DNA of 64,000 nucleotides from an uncultured Acidobacteriota bacterium. Lineage in GTDB: Bacteria; Acidobacteriota; Thermoanaerobaculia; Gp7-AA8. Of this stretch, positions 33,141 through 41,315 are shown in pieces (within the stretch, counting starts at the first letter, position 1; each line of letters opens with the position of its first letter). The notes beneath the pieces were generated by a model. It did not search any database. It was not told where the DNA came from and saw only the letters and a program-made list of their open reading frames with translations. A program made the translations under genes and the position numbers. The DNA lies in the NCBI GenBank assembly GCA_963741955.1, contig CAVUKB010000004.1, forward strand, positions 480,001 through 544,000, read 5' to 3'.

Positions 33141-36100
33141 TCAATGAAAGTCGTGGCTCTCCACGTGTGCATACACTTCCAACGGCCAGAACCGCTCCGC
33201 CTTCACCGAGGGTTGCCCTCCGTTCTTCTGCAGCACGCCCTCGATCACCAGCCCGGCCGATCCCACGATCATCGGACGGTGCTCCTTGAACAGCCCCGGA
33301 TTGACGATCGCCTGGGACATCCCGGTCTCGTCCTCCAGAGTGAGGAAGACGAATCCCTTCGCCGTTCCCGGGCGCTGCCGCACGATCACCGCTCCTGCCG
33401 TTCTCACTGTGGCCCCGTCTCTTCCCCGCAGCAGCTCCGCGGCCGTGAGGACTCCTTTCTTCCTCAGCTCACCGCGGAAGTACTGCATCAGATGAGGTCC
33501 CGCAGTGAGGTTCATACTGTCGTAGTCGGCCAGAGTTTCGCTGAAGGGAGTCATCTGCGGGAGGGGGGAGTGCGCTCCGTCACGCTCGGTCCGATCGAAG
33601 AGCGGCCCCGCATCCCGCGCCGCCCGTGCCGCCTGCCAGAGCGCTTCCCGTCGAGCCAGGCCGAACCCGGCCAGGGCTCCGCTGTAGGCGATCTTCGTCA
33701 TCTGGTCGTCCCGAAGCCGGCATCGCCGCGCCAGGTCCTGCACGTCCTCGAACCCTCCTTTCGACTGCTCCTCTTCGATTCGTTTCCCCTCGGTCTGATG
33801 GATCCCTCGTATGAACCGCAGGCCCAGACGGACGCCTCCGTTCTCCCACCGGCACATCCACCCCGACTGGTTCACGTCGATCGGGAAGACCTTCACTCCG
33901 TGCCGCTGCGCGTCCTTGATCAGCGTCGCCGGATGATAAAACCCCATCGGCCACGCATTCAGTAATGACGCGTAAAAGGCCGCCGGATGCCGCGCCTTGA
34001 TGTACGCACTCGCGTAAGCGATGAGGGCGAAACTCGCCGCATGCGACTCGGGGAAGCCGTACAGCGCGAACGAGGTGATCGACTTCACGATGTCGTCCTG
34101 CGTCTTCCCGGTGATTCCTCTCGCGCTCATCCCGTCGCGCAGTTTTTTCTCGATCTCGGTCATCCGTTCCACGGACCGCTTGAAGCCCATGGCCCGCCGC
34201 AGCTCTTCCGCCTCGCCGCCGGTGAATCCCGCCGCAACCATCGCGATTCGCAGCAGCTGCTCCTGAAAGAGTGGGACGCCGAGCGTACGTTTCAGGATCG
34301 GTTCGAGCGACGGATGCGGATACTCCACCGGAACGCGTCCCTGGCGCCGGTCGAAGAACGGACGGATCATCCCGCCGACGATCGGGCCGGGGCGGATGAT
34401 CGCCACCTGCACCACGATGTCGTAGAAATTCTTCGGTGCATTCCGCGGGAGCGACGCCATCTGCGCACGACTCTCCACCTGGAAGACTCCGACCGTATCC
34501 GCGTCGTTCAGCATCCGGAAGACGCCGGGGTCGTTCTGTGGCAGGTGCGCGAGATCGACCTCCACCTTTTCGTGCTCGCGGATCATCGGGATCGCCTCTT
34601 CCATCGCCGCGAGCATCCCCAGCCCGAGGAGGTCGACCTTGATCAGGCCGAGATCGGCGCAATCGTCCTTGTCCCACTGGATGACGACGCGTCCCGGCAT
34701 CGATGCGGGCTCCAGCGGCACGACCTCGTCGAGCCGCCCTCCCGCCATCACCATTCCTCCCGAGTGCTGCCCGAGGTGCCGCGGAAGATTCTGGATGCGC
34801 AGCCAGAGGCGGACCAGATGCCGCACACGCGCGCTGTCGGTATCGAGCCCCGCTTCCTTCATTTCCGTCGGAAGCTCGCTCACCTTGTCGCGAATCTCGC
34901 CGAACGTCCACTGTCCGATCTGCTTCGCGAAACGCTCGATCTGCTCCGGCGAGAAGCCGAGAGCCTTTCCGACCTCGCGCGCTGCGGAGCGCTCACGATA
35001 CGTGATCACGTTCGCGGTCATTGCCGCGCCGTGCTTTCCGTACTTCCGGTACACGTGCTGAATGACTCTTTCCCGTTGATCCCCCGAAGGCAGATCGAGA
35101 TCGATGTCCGGCCATTCGCCACGTTCTTCGGAGAGGAATCTCTCGAACAGAAGATCCATCTTCACCGGATCGACGGCGGTGATGGAGAGGGCGTAACAGA
35201 CCGCGCTGTTCGCCGCCGAACCGCGACCCTGAACCATGATGTTGCTCTCGAGGCAGAAGCGGACGATGTCCCAGACGATCAGGAAGTAGCCGGCGAGATC
35301 GAGCTTCTCGATCATCGCCAGCTCGCGCTCGATCTGCGCCTGCGCACGCGCGGTGAGGGGGCGGAAACGTGCCCCTGCGCCGTTCCAGGTGATCTGGCGC
35401 AGCAGCGACATCGGCGTCTCGCCCGGTGGAAGAGGGTAGTCGGGAAAGCGGTAGCCGAGATCGGCGAGAGTGAAGTCGAGCCGCGAGGCCAGTGCGACCG
35501 TCGCGTCGAGAGCCTCGGGAAGATCGGCGAAGAGATCGCTCATCTCTGCGGCGGAGCGGACGTGACGCTCCCGATGCGCGGCAAGAAGACGTCCTGCAGT
35601 GTCGAGGTTCGTGCCGTGACGGATGCAGGTGAGGACGTCGTGCAGCTCCTTGTCGACCGGCCGTGCGTAGCGGACGCCGTTGGTCGCGACGATCGGGAGG
35701 CGGAGCGAGCGCGCGAGCTCGAGGAGAGCCTGATTGCGGTGCTCTTCGTCGCGCCGGTGATGGCGCTGCAGCTCGACGTGGAGGCGGCCGGGAAAGAGAC
35801 TCTGCAGATGCATCATCACGTCGCGCGCGGCGTCGAGTCCGCCTGCACTCAAGGCGTGCGCGACGGGACCTTCTTCGCTCCCGGTCAGGCAGTGGAGGCC
35901 TTCGCTGTGCGCGGCGATGAGATCCCAGTCGTACGCGGCTTCACCTTTCGGCCGGTCGAGCGCGCCGGCAGTGAGGAGCTTCGAGAGGTTGCGATAGCCG
36001 GTGCGATTCTCGACGAGGAGCGTCAGACGCGTACCGCTCTCGTCGAACGGAGGAGTGTCGGGGACGAGACGGAGTGAAGCACGAGGCTCGGGACTCGAGG

Positions 36101-36536
36101 CTCGGGATTCGAGCGGCGAGCGGCGAGCGGCGAGCGGCGAGGAGGACGCGCCGATCGAGAGCTGCTCGTCGTCTCCGGATCGAATCACGTCGCTCGATCT
36201 CATGAGGGTGACTTCGGCGCCGACCAGGGGACGAAGTCCTGCCTTGCGTGCGGCGCCGTAGAAACGCGGCGCGCCATAGACGCCGTTCCGGTCGATGAGA
36301 GCCATGGCAGGGAGGTCGTGCCGCGTCGCCGCGTCGACCAGATCCTCGGGGAGCGACGCGCCGTCGAGGAACGAGAAGGCGGAAGCCCCATGCAGTTCGA
36401 CGTAAGGCCGGACGTTCGTCCGTCCCGCCGGCGGCTTCCACGAGCGCTGGCGCAACTTCTCCTTGCGCGCTCCGGCGGAGCCGCTCATGCGATGCCCGAG
36501 GGCATCGAGATCACGGGATGGCGGGGTGCGGTTCAT
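33141..36536 (-). CDS. dnaE2: Error-prone DNA polymerase DnaE2 (ImuC)
   Basis: YVELH..SAFSFLDGAS.PE, GRGSAANS.VCY, PDIDLD, PRHLGQHSGG, WDKDD, YGFPESHAASFA, RQRPGTAKG, terminal SHDFH (SRDFH-like); start could be 36488. Confidence 0.96.
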   Translation of the reverse strand: MNRTPPSRDLDALGHRMSGSAGARKEKLRQRSWKPPAGRTNVRPYVELHGASAFSFLDGASLPEDLVDAATRHDLPAMALIDRNGVYGAPRFYGAARKAGLRPLVGAEVTLMRSSDVIRSGDDEQLSIGASSSPLAARRSPLESRASSPEPRASLRLVPDTPPFDESGTRLTLLVENRTGYRNLSKLLTAGALDRPKGEAAYDWDLIAAHSEGLHCLTGSEEGPVAHALSAGGLDAARDVMMHLQSLFPGRLHVELQRHHRRDEEHRNQALLELARSLRLPIVATNGVRYARPVDKELHDVLTCIRHGTNLDTAGRLLAAHRERHVRSAAEMSDLFADLPEALDATVALASRLDFTLADLGYRFPDYPLPPGETPMSLLRQITWNGAGARFRPLTARAQAQIERELAMIEKLDLAGYFLIVWDIVRFCLESNIMVQGRGSAANSAVCYALSITAVDPVKMDLLFERFLSEERGEWPDIDLDLPSGDQRERVIQHVYRKYGKHGAAMTANVITYRERSAAREVGKALGFSPEQIERFAKQIGQWTFGEIRDKVSELPTEMKEAGLDTDSARVRHLVRLWLRIQNLPRHLGQHSGGMVMAGGRLDEVVPLEPASMPGRVVIQWDKDDCADLGLIKVDLLGLGMLAAMEEAIPMIREHEKVEVDLAHLPQNDPGVFRMLNDADTVGVFQVESRAQMASLPRNAPKNFYDIVVQVAIIRPGPIVGGMIRPFFDRRQGRVPVEYPHPSLEPILKRTLGVPLFQEQLLRIAMVAAGFTGGEAEELRRAMGFKRSVERMTEIEKKLRDGMSARGITGKTQDDIVKSITSFALYGFPESHAASFALIAYASAYIKARHPAAFYASLLNAWPMGFYHPATLIKDAQRHGVKVFPIDVNQSGWMCRWENGGVRLGLRFIRGIHQTEGKRIEEEQSKGGFEDVQDLARRCRLRDDQMTKIAYSGALAGFGLARREALWQAARAARDAGPLFDRTERDGAHSPLPQMTPFSETLADYDSMNLTAGPHLMQYFRGELRKKGVLTAAELLRGRDGATVRTAGAVIVRQRPGTAKGFVFLTLEDETGMSQAIVNPGLFKEHRPMIVGSAGLVIEGVLQKNGGQPSVKAERFWPLEVYAHVESHDFH
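36082..36144. repeat. In-frame 9 x 7-nt tandem repeat inside dnaE2
   Basis: cgaggct cgggact cgaggct cgggatt (cgagcgg)x4 cgaggag. Confidence 0.85.
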
Positions 36537-36539
36537 GGT

Positions 36540-36582
36540 GAAAAGATGAATGCAGAATGCAGAATTCAGAATTGAGAAAAGA
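36540..36582. repeat. Left arm of a 43-bp inverted repeat (GAATGCA heptamers)
   Basis: 40/43 identical to the reverse complement of 37424-37466. Confidence 0.9.
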
Positions 36583-36615
36583 AACCGGGGCTCGGGGCTC
36601 GAGGCTCGGGGTTAG

Positions 36616-36792
36616 CCCGCATTTCTCACACCATCTCGTCGCGAGGAGGCGGAGAGTGGCCTGGATGCAAGGCGCGCCTCGCTTCGGCGACGAAGGCATA
36701 GCGGTGACTATGTCGAGGAGCCGAAGAGGGGCTCAACGCAGCAGACAGGCCGCTATCCGGCTCCGCAGCAGAGATGGTGTGAGAAATGCGGG
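36616..36792. mobile_element. MITE-like family B, full copy (177 bp)
   Basis: 22-bp terminal inverted repeats CCCGCATTTCTCACACCATCTC / GAGATGGTGTGAGAAATGCGGG; flanked by TTAG and CTAG. Confidence 0.88.
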
Positions 36793-36968
36793 CTAGGGGT
36801 TGTGCGTATCTCCCTTTCGTCATTTCCTGCTGCGAAACTCCGGCACCCCTTCGGGGGGCGACGAATGATCGCGCTCCTCTCTTTCCGGTGGCGTCTGCAT
36901 TCTGCATTCGTCCTTTCCTGGATTTCATGCTGAAAGCACAATTGAGAAAAGAAACCGATGACGTGGCT

Positions 36969-37406
36969 CTACACACTACTTTGTGCGTTCTTCCTTTGTG
37001 ATGTCGTTCGGACGATCGAGGTCAGAATCGCGACGAGCTCATTAGACTCCTGAAGGATCTCAGCGATCCTTCGCGAAGCGACGATGCCGGTTGCGGCGAA
37101 GAGGCGGAGCCAGTAATGAGATTCGCGGGCTTCCTTCAATGCGATGCGGCATTTCGAGATGAAGTCTGCACGGCTCTGTGCGGCGTGAGCTTCTTCCAGA
37201 TTTGCCCCGAGTGAAGTCCCTGATCGAAGGAGTTGCGCCGCCAGCGTTCGCGGTGCTTTGGTTGTGCTCATGTACTGATAGAGTTTGACTATTCTGCATG
37301 CGAACTCGAACGAACGCTCATAGATGTCTCTCGGCTTTTCAGGGGCATTCGCTTGGATCTTGCGATCACCGGTCAGTTCATCCATCCCGTGACTCTCTTT
37401 CGTCAT
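36969..37406 (-). CDS. Four helix bundle protein (23S rRNA IVS protein family, TIGR02436/PF05635-like)
   Basis: ERSFEFA.RI..L, QLLRSGTS.GAN.EEA..AQSRADFISK..IALKEARES.YWL; lower GC than neighbouring genes. Confidence 0.9.
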   Translation of the reverse strand: MTKESHGMDELTGDRKIQANAPEKPRDIYERSFEFACRIVKLYQYMSTTKAPRTLAAQLLRSGTSLGANLEEAHAAQSRADFISKCRIALKEARESHYWLRLFAATGIVASRRIAEILQESNELVAILTSIVRTTSQRKNAQSSV

Positions 37407-37423
37407 TTCCTTCGTCTCTCTTC

Positions 37424-37466
37424 TCTTTTCTCAATTCTGCATTCTGCATTCTGAATTCGTCTTTTC
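37424..37466. repeat. Right arm of the 43-bp inverted repeat
   Basis: tcttttctcaattctgcattctgcattctgaattcgtcttttc; starts 2 nt after the imuB stop. Confidence 0.9.
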
Positions 37467-37468
37467 TA

Positions 37469-39166
37469 TCAGTCGTAGATTCCGTCCACATACCACTCTC
37501 CCTCCGCCCGCGCTCTGTAGACGCGATAGATTCCGCCCCCCACCATCTCGACGTCCCAGTAGTCGCGCTCGACCGGATCGTCCGACCACCATCCTTCCTC
37601 CAGTGACCACGGTCCCGAGGCGACGCGAACCGCACCGTGGATCTCGAGAGGTCGCGGCGTGTATCCCTCCTGCTTCGAGACATTGCGGATGGTGTGGATC
37701 TCGCGGAGGTGAAGATCCCCAAGGGCGAAAGTACCGCCGTTCGAAGGAGCGGCACCGTCGCTGATCACTTCGACCGCCAGAGGAGGACGGAAGACGCGGA
37801 CGGCGAGGAGACCGCGCCAGCGGCGCGGAGCGCGGCGGACGGAGGGTGGTGACGGGGGATCGTAGCGTGCGATTCCGTAACGCTCGGGACGCCACGCATC
37901 GATGGTGCGGGGAGTGCCGACCCGGTCCGCCCCGACCATTGCCGCGATCTTCGCCACCGTGGTGGCGAGGAGGTCCGGGGAGAGCTCCGACGGCCCGAAA
38001 ATCGAGAGCTGACCCTCCCGCGGGCGGTCGGGATGGGCGATGAAGGTGAAGCCGGTGACCGGCGCTCCGGGTGGAGCGGACTCGAGGTCGAGCCGTATCA
38101 GGGTGAGGATGGTCTTCACGTCACGGGTGGGAGCCGGAAGATCGATCGCCCGGACATGGAATCCTTCCGGCTCGAGCCGCAGCGCGACTTCGATGGTTCG
38201 ACAACTGTAGCCATGACCCTCCATGCGGCGCATCAGGCGGTCGAGCGCCGCATTGGCCATGAAGAGAAACGGCTCGAGAGTGACGATCGGCCACTCGAAG
38301 TCCATTCCTTCGCGGAATTCCGGAGGAGCCTGCCGGGGAATCAGCGGCCGCGTGTCGATCCCCCGCGAGCAGCAGTGCAGTGCGCGTCCCAGCTCTCCCA
38401 GACGGGTGGCCACCTCACCTTCGGGGAGATTCGCCAGCTGCCCGATCGACTCGATTCCCCATCGGCGCAACGTCGCGGCAATCTTCATTTCCGGTCCCAG
38501 ACGCTCGAGCGGAAGGGGAGCGAGGAACTGGGCCTCCTCGCCCGGTGCGACGATGTGCGGCGACTTCGGCAGCTCCGCCGCAATCCGCGCTCCCAGCTTG
38601 CTCGACGCGATGCCGACCCGTCCGGGGAGTCCCGCCGCACGCATCGCGAGGAGCGCTGCCTGGGCCAGGTTGTGCTCGTGGGGGAGCGGGGCTCGAGGCT
38701 CGGGGCTCGAGGCTCGCTTTTCTGGATCATCAGTCGTCGGTTCTGGATCTGAGACACGGGATGAATCGATTCGTGACGTTTTCTCCGAGCTCCGAACCTC
38801 GAGCCTCGAGTCCCGCGCTCCGAAGTACCGCTCCATTCCGCTGATGTCGAGAAACACCACCCCTCCCTCTGCGTCCTCCACACGTGGCGAGAATTTCTGG
38901 GCCGCTTCGAAGAGCGCCTCCTGGGCCGCGCGCTCGCATTCGGCGTCGCGCCCCCGTGCGATGAGCTTCGGAAGGATCGCCCGTGCCTGAGGGAGCGACA
39001 TTCCCGGCGTGATCCCCGCCTTTCGCGCACGACGCGTCGCCGAAGAAATGTGGGCCGCGCTCCCGTTCCCTTCCACGATCACCACCGCTTCCTGCAGGAG
39101 CTCCGGCTCGGCGCGGAGTCTCGCGGCGAGAGGAAAGAGAGGAACGAAGAAGCAGGCGAGTCGCAT
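37469..39166 (-). CDS. imuB: Y-family DNA polymerase-like ImuB
   Basis: ARKAGITPGMSLPQARA, FSPRVE, LDISG, LAPLPLERL, WGIESIGQLA, GPW..EEGWW...ERDYW, WYVDGIYD. Confidence 0.88.
   Translation of the reverse strand: MRLACFFVPLFPLAARLRAEPELLQEAVVIVEGNGSAAHISSATRRARKAGITPGMSLPQARAILPKLIARGRDAECERAAQEALFEAAQKFSPRVEDAEGGVVFLDISGMERYFGARDSRLEVRSSEKTSRIDSSRVSDPEPTTDDPEKRASSPEPRAPLPHEHNLAQAALLAMRAAGLPGRVGIASSKLGARIAAELPKSPHIVAPGEEAQFLAPLPLERLGPEMKIAATLRRWGIESIGQLANLPEGEVATRLGELGRALHCCSRGIDTRPLIPRQAPPEFREGMDFEWPIVTLEPFLFMANAALDRLMRRMEGHGYSCRTIEVALRLEPEGFHVRAIDLPAPTRDVKTILTLIRLDLESAPPGAPVTGFTFIAHPDRPREGQLSIFGPSELSPDLLATTVAKIAAMVGADRVGTPRTIDAWRPERYGIARYDPPSPPSVRRAPRRWRGLLAVRVFRPPLAVEVISDGAAPSNGGTFALGDLHLREIHTIRNVSKQEGYTPRPLEIHGAVRVASGPWSLEEGWWSDDPVERDYWDVEMVGGGIYRVYRARAEGEWYVDGIYD
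38683..38821. repeat. In-frame palindromic heptamer insertion inside imuB
   Basis: Arm ggagcggggctcgaggctcggggctcgaggctcg (38683-38716) is an imperfect inverted repeat of 38786-38821. Confidence 0.75.
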
Positions 39167-40122
39167 TATGACGAGGCTCGGGATTCGAGGCTCGAGGCTC
39201 GTGAAACACGGGGCTCGAGCCTCGAATCTCGCGTCTCTTCCTCATCTCTCGCCGCTCGCCGCTCGCGTTCCGAGCCTCGAGCCTCGAGTCTCGAGCCTCG
39301 CGTCTCTTCCTCGTCTCTCGTCTCAACCGCCTCGCTCGCCGCCAGTCGCAGCATCTCCTTCGCTCCGGGACGGTGACGGCGATGCTTTTCCACCACCAGC
39401 TCCGACTCGACGCCGGTGAGGATGCGTGGCGAACGACCCACCCCCTTCCACAGCGCCTTTCCGTGGCTGCTCTTCACGACCGCCTCGGGGGCGGTCGCGG
39501 TCAGATGGAACGGAGTCGAGACGAAGAGCGCGCAGCCGTACGACGCAGCGGCGCGCGCGAGACGCACCCAGCTCGCGTCGGCGACACGCCGGCCACGGAG
39601 CTGCACGCCGAGCTCCACGACCACCAGAGGGAACCCCGTCGCGATCACCAGCTCCGCCGCATGCACCGCGTCGCGCACCGAGGGAGGACGGATCCAGAGG
39701 AGGCGATCCAGCTCGACGCCTGCGGCTGCGGCGTGCTCGGGGTCGAAGTGGTCCCCGTGGTCGATGAGAACCGCCGGCTCGCCGGAGGAGGTGACTGCCG
39801 CGAGCGCTGCGAGGACGGTCGAGAAGCGTCCCGAAGAGCGCGTTCCGGAGATCTCGGTGAGCTCCCCCCGCGCGAGCCCGCCGTCGAGAATCCGGTCGAG
39901 TGGAGCGACCGTGGTCGGGAGGGCCTCCCGCCGCTGGTGGGAGTGGCCGCGCTGAAGCTCCGCCGCGCTGGTGATCCGGTGCCGCAGAGATTCGTCCAGG
40001 CTCTCCCGGAGGCGGGCGAGGTCGTCGCGCAGAGGCGGCGGTTCCGGCGCGGGAGCTTCGGCCGGCGCATCATCCTTCCAGGGAAGGGGAAACTGGAGTA
40101 ACCAATCGTAAGCACTTGACAT
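39166..40122 (-). CDS. imuA: RecA-like mutagenesis protein ImuA
   Basis: LDRILDGGLARGELTEISG..SSGR, LIDHGDHFDP..AAAAGVELDRLLWIRP; TAATG overlap with imuB. Confidence 0.85.
   Translation of the reverse strand: MSSAYDWLLQFPLPWKDDAPAEAPAPEPPPLRDDLARLRESLDESLRHRITSAAELQRGHSHQRREALPTTVAPLDRILDGGLARGELTEISGTRSSGRFSTVLAALAAVTSSGEPAVLIDHGDHFDPEHAAAAGVELDRLLWIRPPSVRDAVHAAELVIATGFPLVVVELGVQLRGRRVADASWVRLARAAASYGCALFVSTPFHLTATAPEAVVKSSHGKALWKGVGRSPRILTGVESELVVEKHRRHRPGAKEMLRLAASEAVETRDEEETRGSRLEARGSERERRAARDEEETRDSRLEPRVSRASSLESRASS
39171..39320. repeat. Heptamer tracts and 24-nt direct duplication forming the ImuA C-terminal tail
   Basis: CTCGAGC/GGCTCGA-type units; ctcgcgtctcttcctc(a/g)tctctcg at 39228 and 39297. 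Confidence 0.8.
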
Positions 40123-40209
40123 GGTTGTACTTGTCTCCTGCGGGCCGCGGCCCGCGCACCCCTCCGAGGCCGCCTCGGATGCGCCCCCATTCGCGGAGGG
40201 GTAAAAATA

Positions 40210-40238
40210 AACTTAGGCGGTAAAGAGGCGTAAGTCAA
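40210..40238 (-). promoter_or_regulatory. Putative sigma70 promoter of imuA-imuB-dnaE2 with a direct-repeat operator candidate in the spacer
   Basis: TTGACT-N17-TAAGTT on the minus strand; spacer contains CGCC-N7-CGCC. Confidence 0.6.
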
Positions 40239-40619
40239 GCGCGAGGATAAGAGAACAAGTCAGGCGTGGGCGTTGGAATCGTAGCAGGATGATCCAGGCT
40301 TCGTCCGTTGGAAGATGGGAGCGAATCCAATGAACCGCTTCGCGGTGAACTTCGGCAATCCGCGCGCATGGATCACCCTCGGCATCCTGCTCGGTGTTCG
40401 TCGCCCTCTCCATCGCACTGCCGGTGCTCCTCTGACCGCCCCTCCGCCCGCAGGTGTTACGATTTCCGAGTCACGACATGGGTGCGGCCGTTCCGGTCGC
40501 TGAGGAGCGAAGCGAACCCCCTCCGCTCTCGTGAGGAGCGGTGGAAGACGAGGCGGGCGCTCGCTTCGGGGCCATGAGAGGGATGTTCGCTCCACCGACG
40601 AATGGAGGAGGATTCGGCG

Positions 40620-41309
40620 ATGATGACGACCCGGAGGGTGAATCGATCCCACGGCGACCGATCTCTCCGAGGTTGGTTGGGAGTCGTCGTCGCGGTTCTC
40701 GTCGCGATCATCGGTCCCTCCGTCGCCCGCGGGGCGGAACCGGAAACGAAGTGTCCTGAACCGGAGGCGCGCCAGTTCGATTTCTGGATCGGGGATTGGG
40801 ACATCCAGCAGAAGATCCTCGGAAGCGACGGCGGTTGGATCGAGCTTCCCGCACATACGCACGTGGAACCGATCCTCGGCGGGTGTGCACTCCTCGAGCG
40901 TTGGAGTGGGCGCGTCCAGTTCTTCTGGGAAGGGATGTCGAAGCCGGAAGCGATGGACGGGATGAGCGTGCGTGCCTGGGATCCGAAGGAGGCGGTCTGG
41001 CGGATCTGGTGGATGGATTCCCGGTCGCGAAGGCTCGGTGTGCCGGCGGTCGGAGAGTTCCGTGACGGGAGAGGAGAGTTCGAATCGTCCCGCAAGGGAG
41101 CAGACGGGAAGACCATCCGCACGCGGATCAGCTTCGAGCGGCTCTCCACCGGGCGGGTTCACTGGGATCTCGCGATCTCGCGGGATGCCGGTCGCAACTG
41201 GCAGACGATCTGGATCATGGAAATGCGGCGATCCGGCAGCGTCGTCGAGCGGGACGTGCTTCCCTCGTTCTGCGGTACGATGGTCCATGGTCGGATTCAC
41301 CCACGATGA
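40620..41309 (+). CDS. Hypothetical secreted beta-barrel-like protein (DUF1579-like)
   Basis: Signal/TM segment; C..PEARQFDFWIGDW, GCALLERW, SRDAGRNW. Confidence 0.6.
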   Translation: MMTTRRVNRSHGDRSLRGWLGVVVAVLVAIIGPSVARGAEPETKCPEPEARQFDFWIGDWDIQQKILGSDGGWIELPAHTHVEPILGGCALLERWSGRVQFFWEGMSKPEAMDGMSVRAWDPKEAVWRIWWMDSRSRRLGVPAVGEFRDGRGEFESSRKGADGKTIRTRISFERLSTGRVHWDLAISRDAGRNWQTIWIMEMRRSGSVVERDVLPSFCGTMVHGRIHPR

Positions 41310-41315
41310 CAGGAG

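Noticed and set aside
40315-40503. Short ORF MNRFAVNFGNPRAWITLGILLG
   Set aside because: Plausible hydrophobic start, but it decays into low-information sequence with no recognisable family. It may be a remnant and is not supportable.
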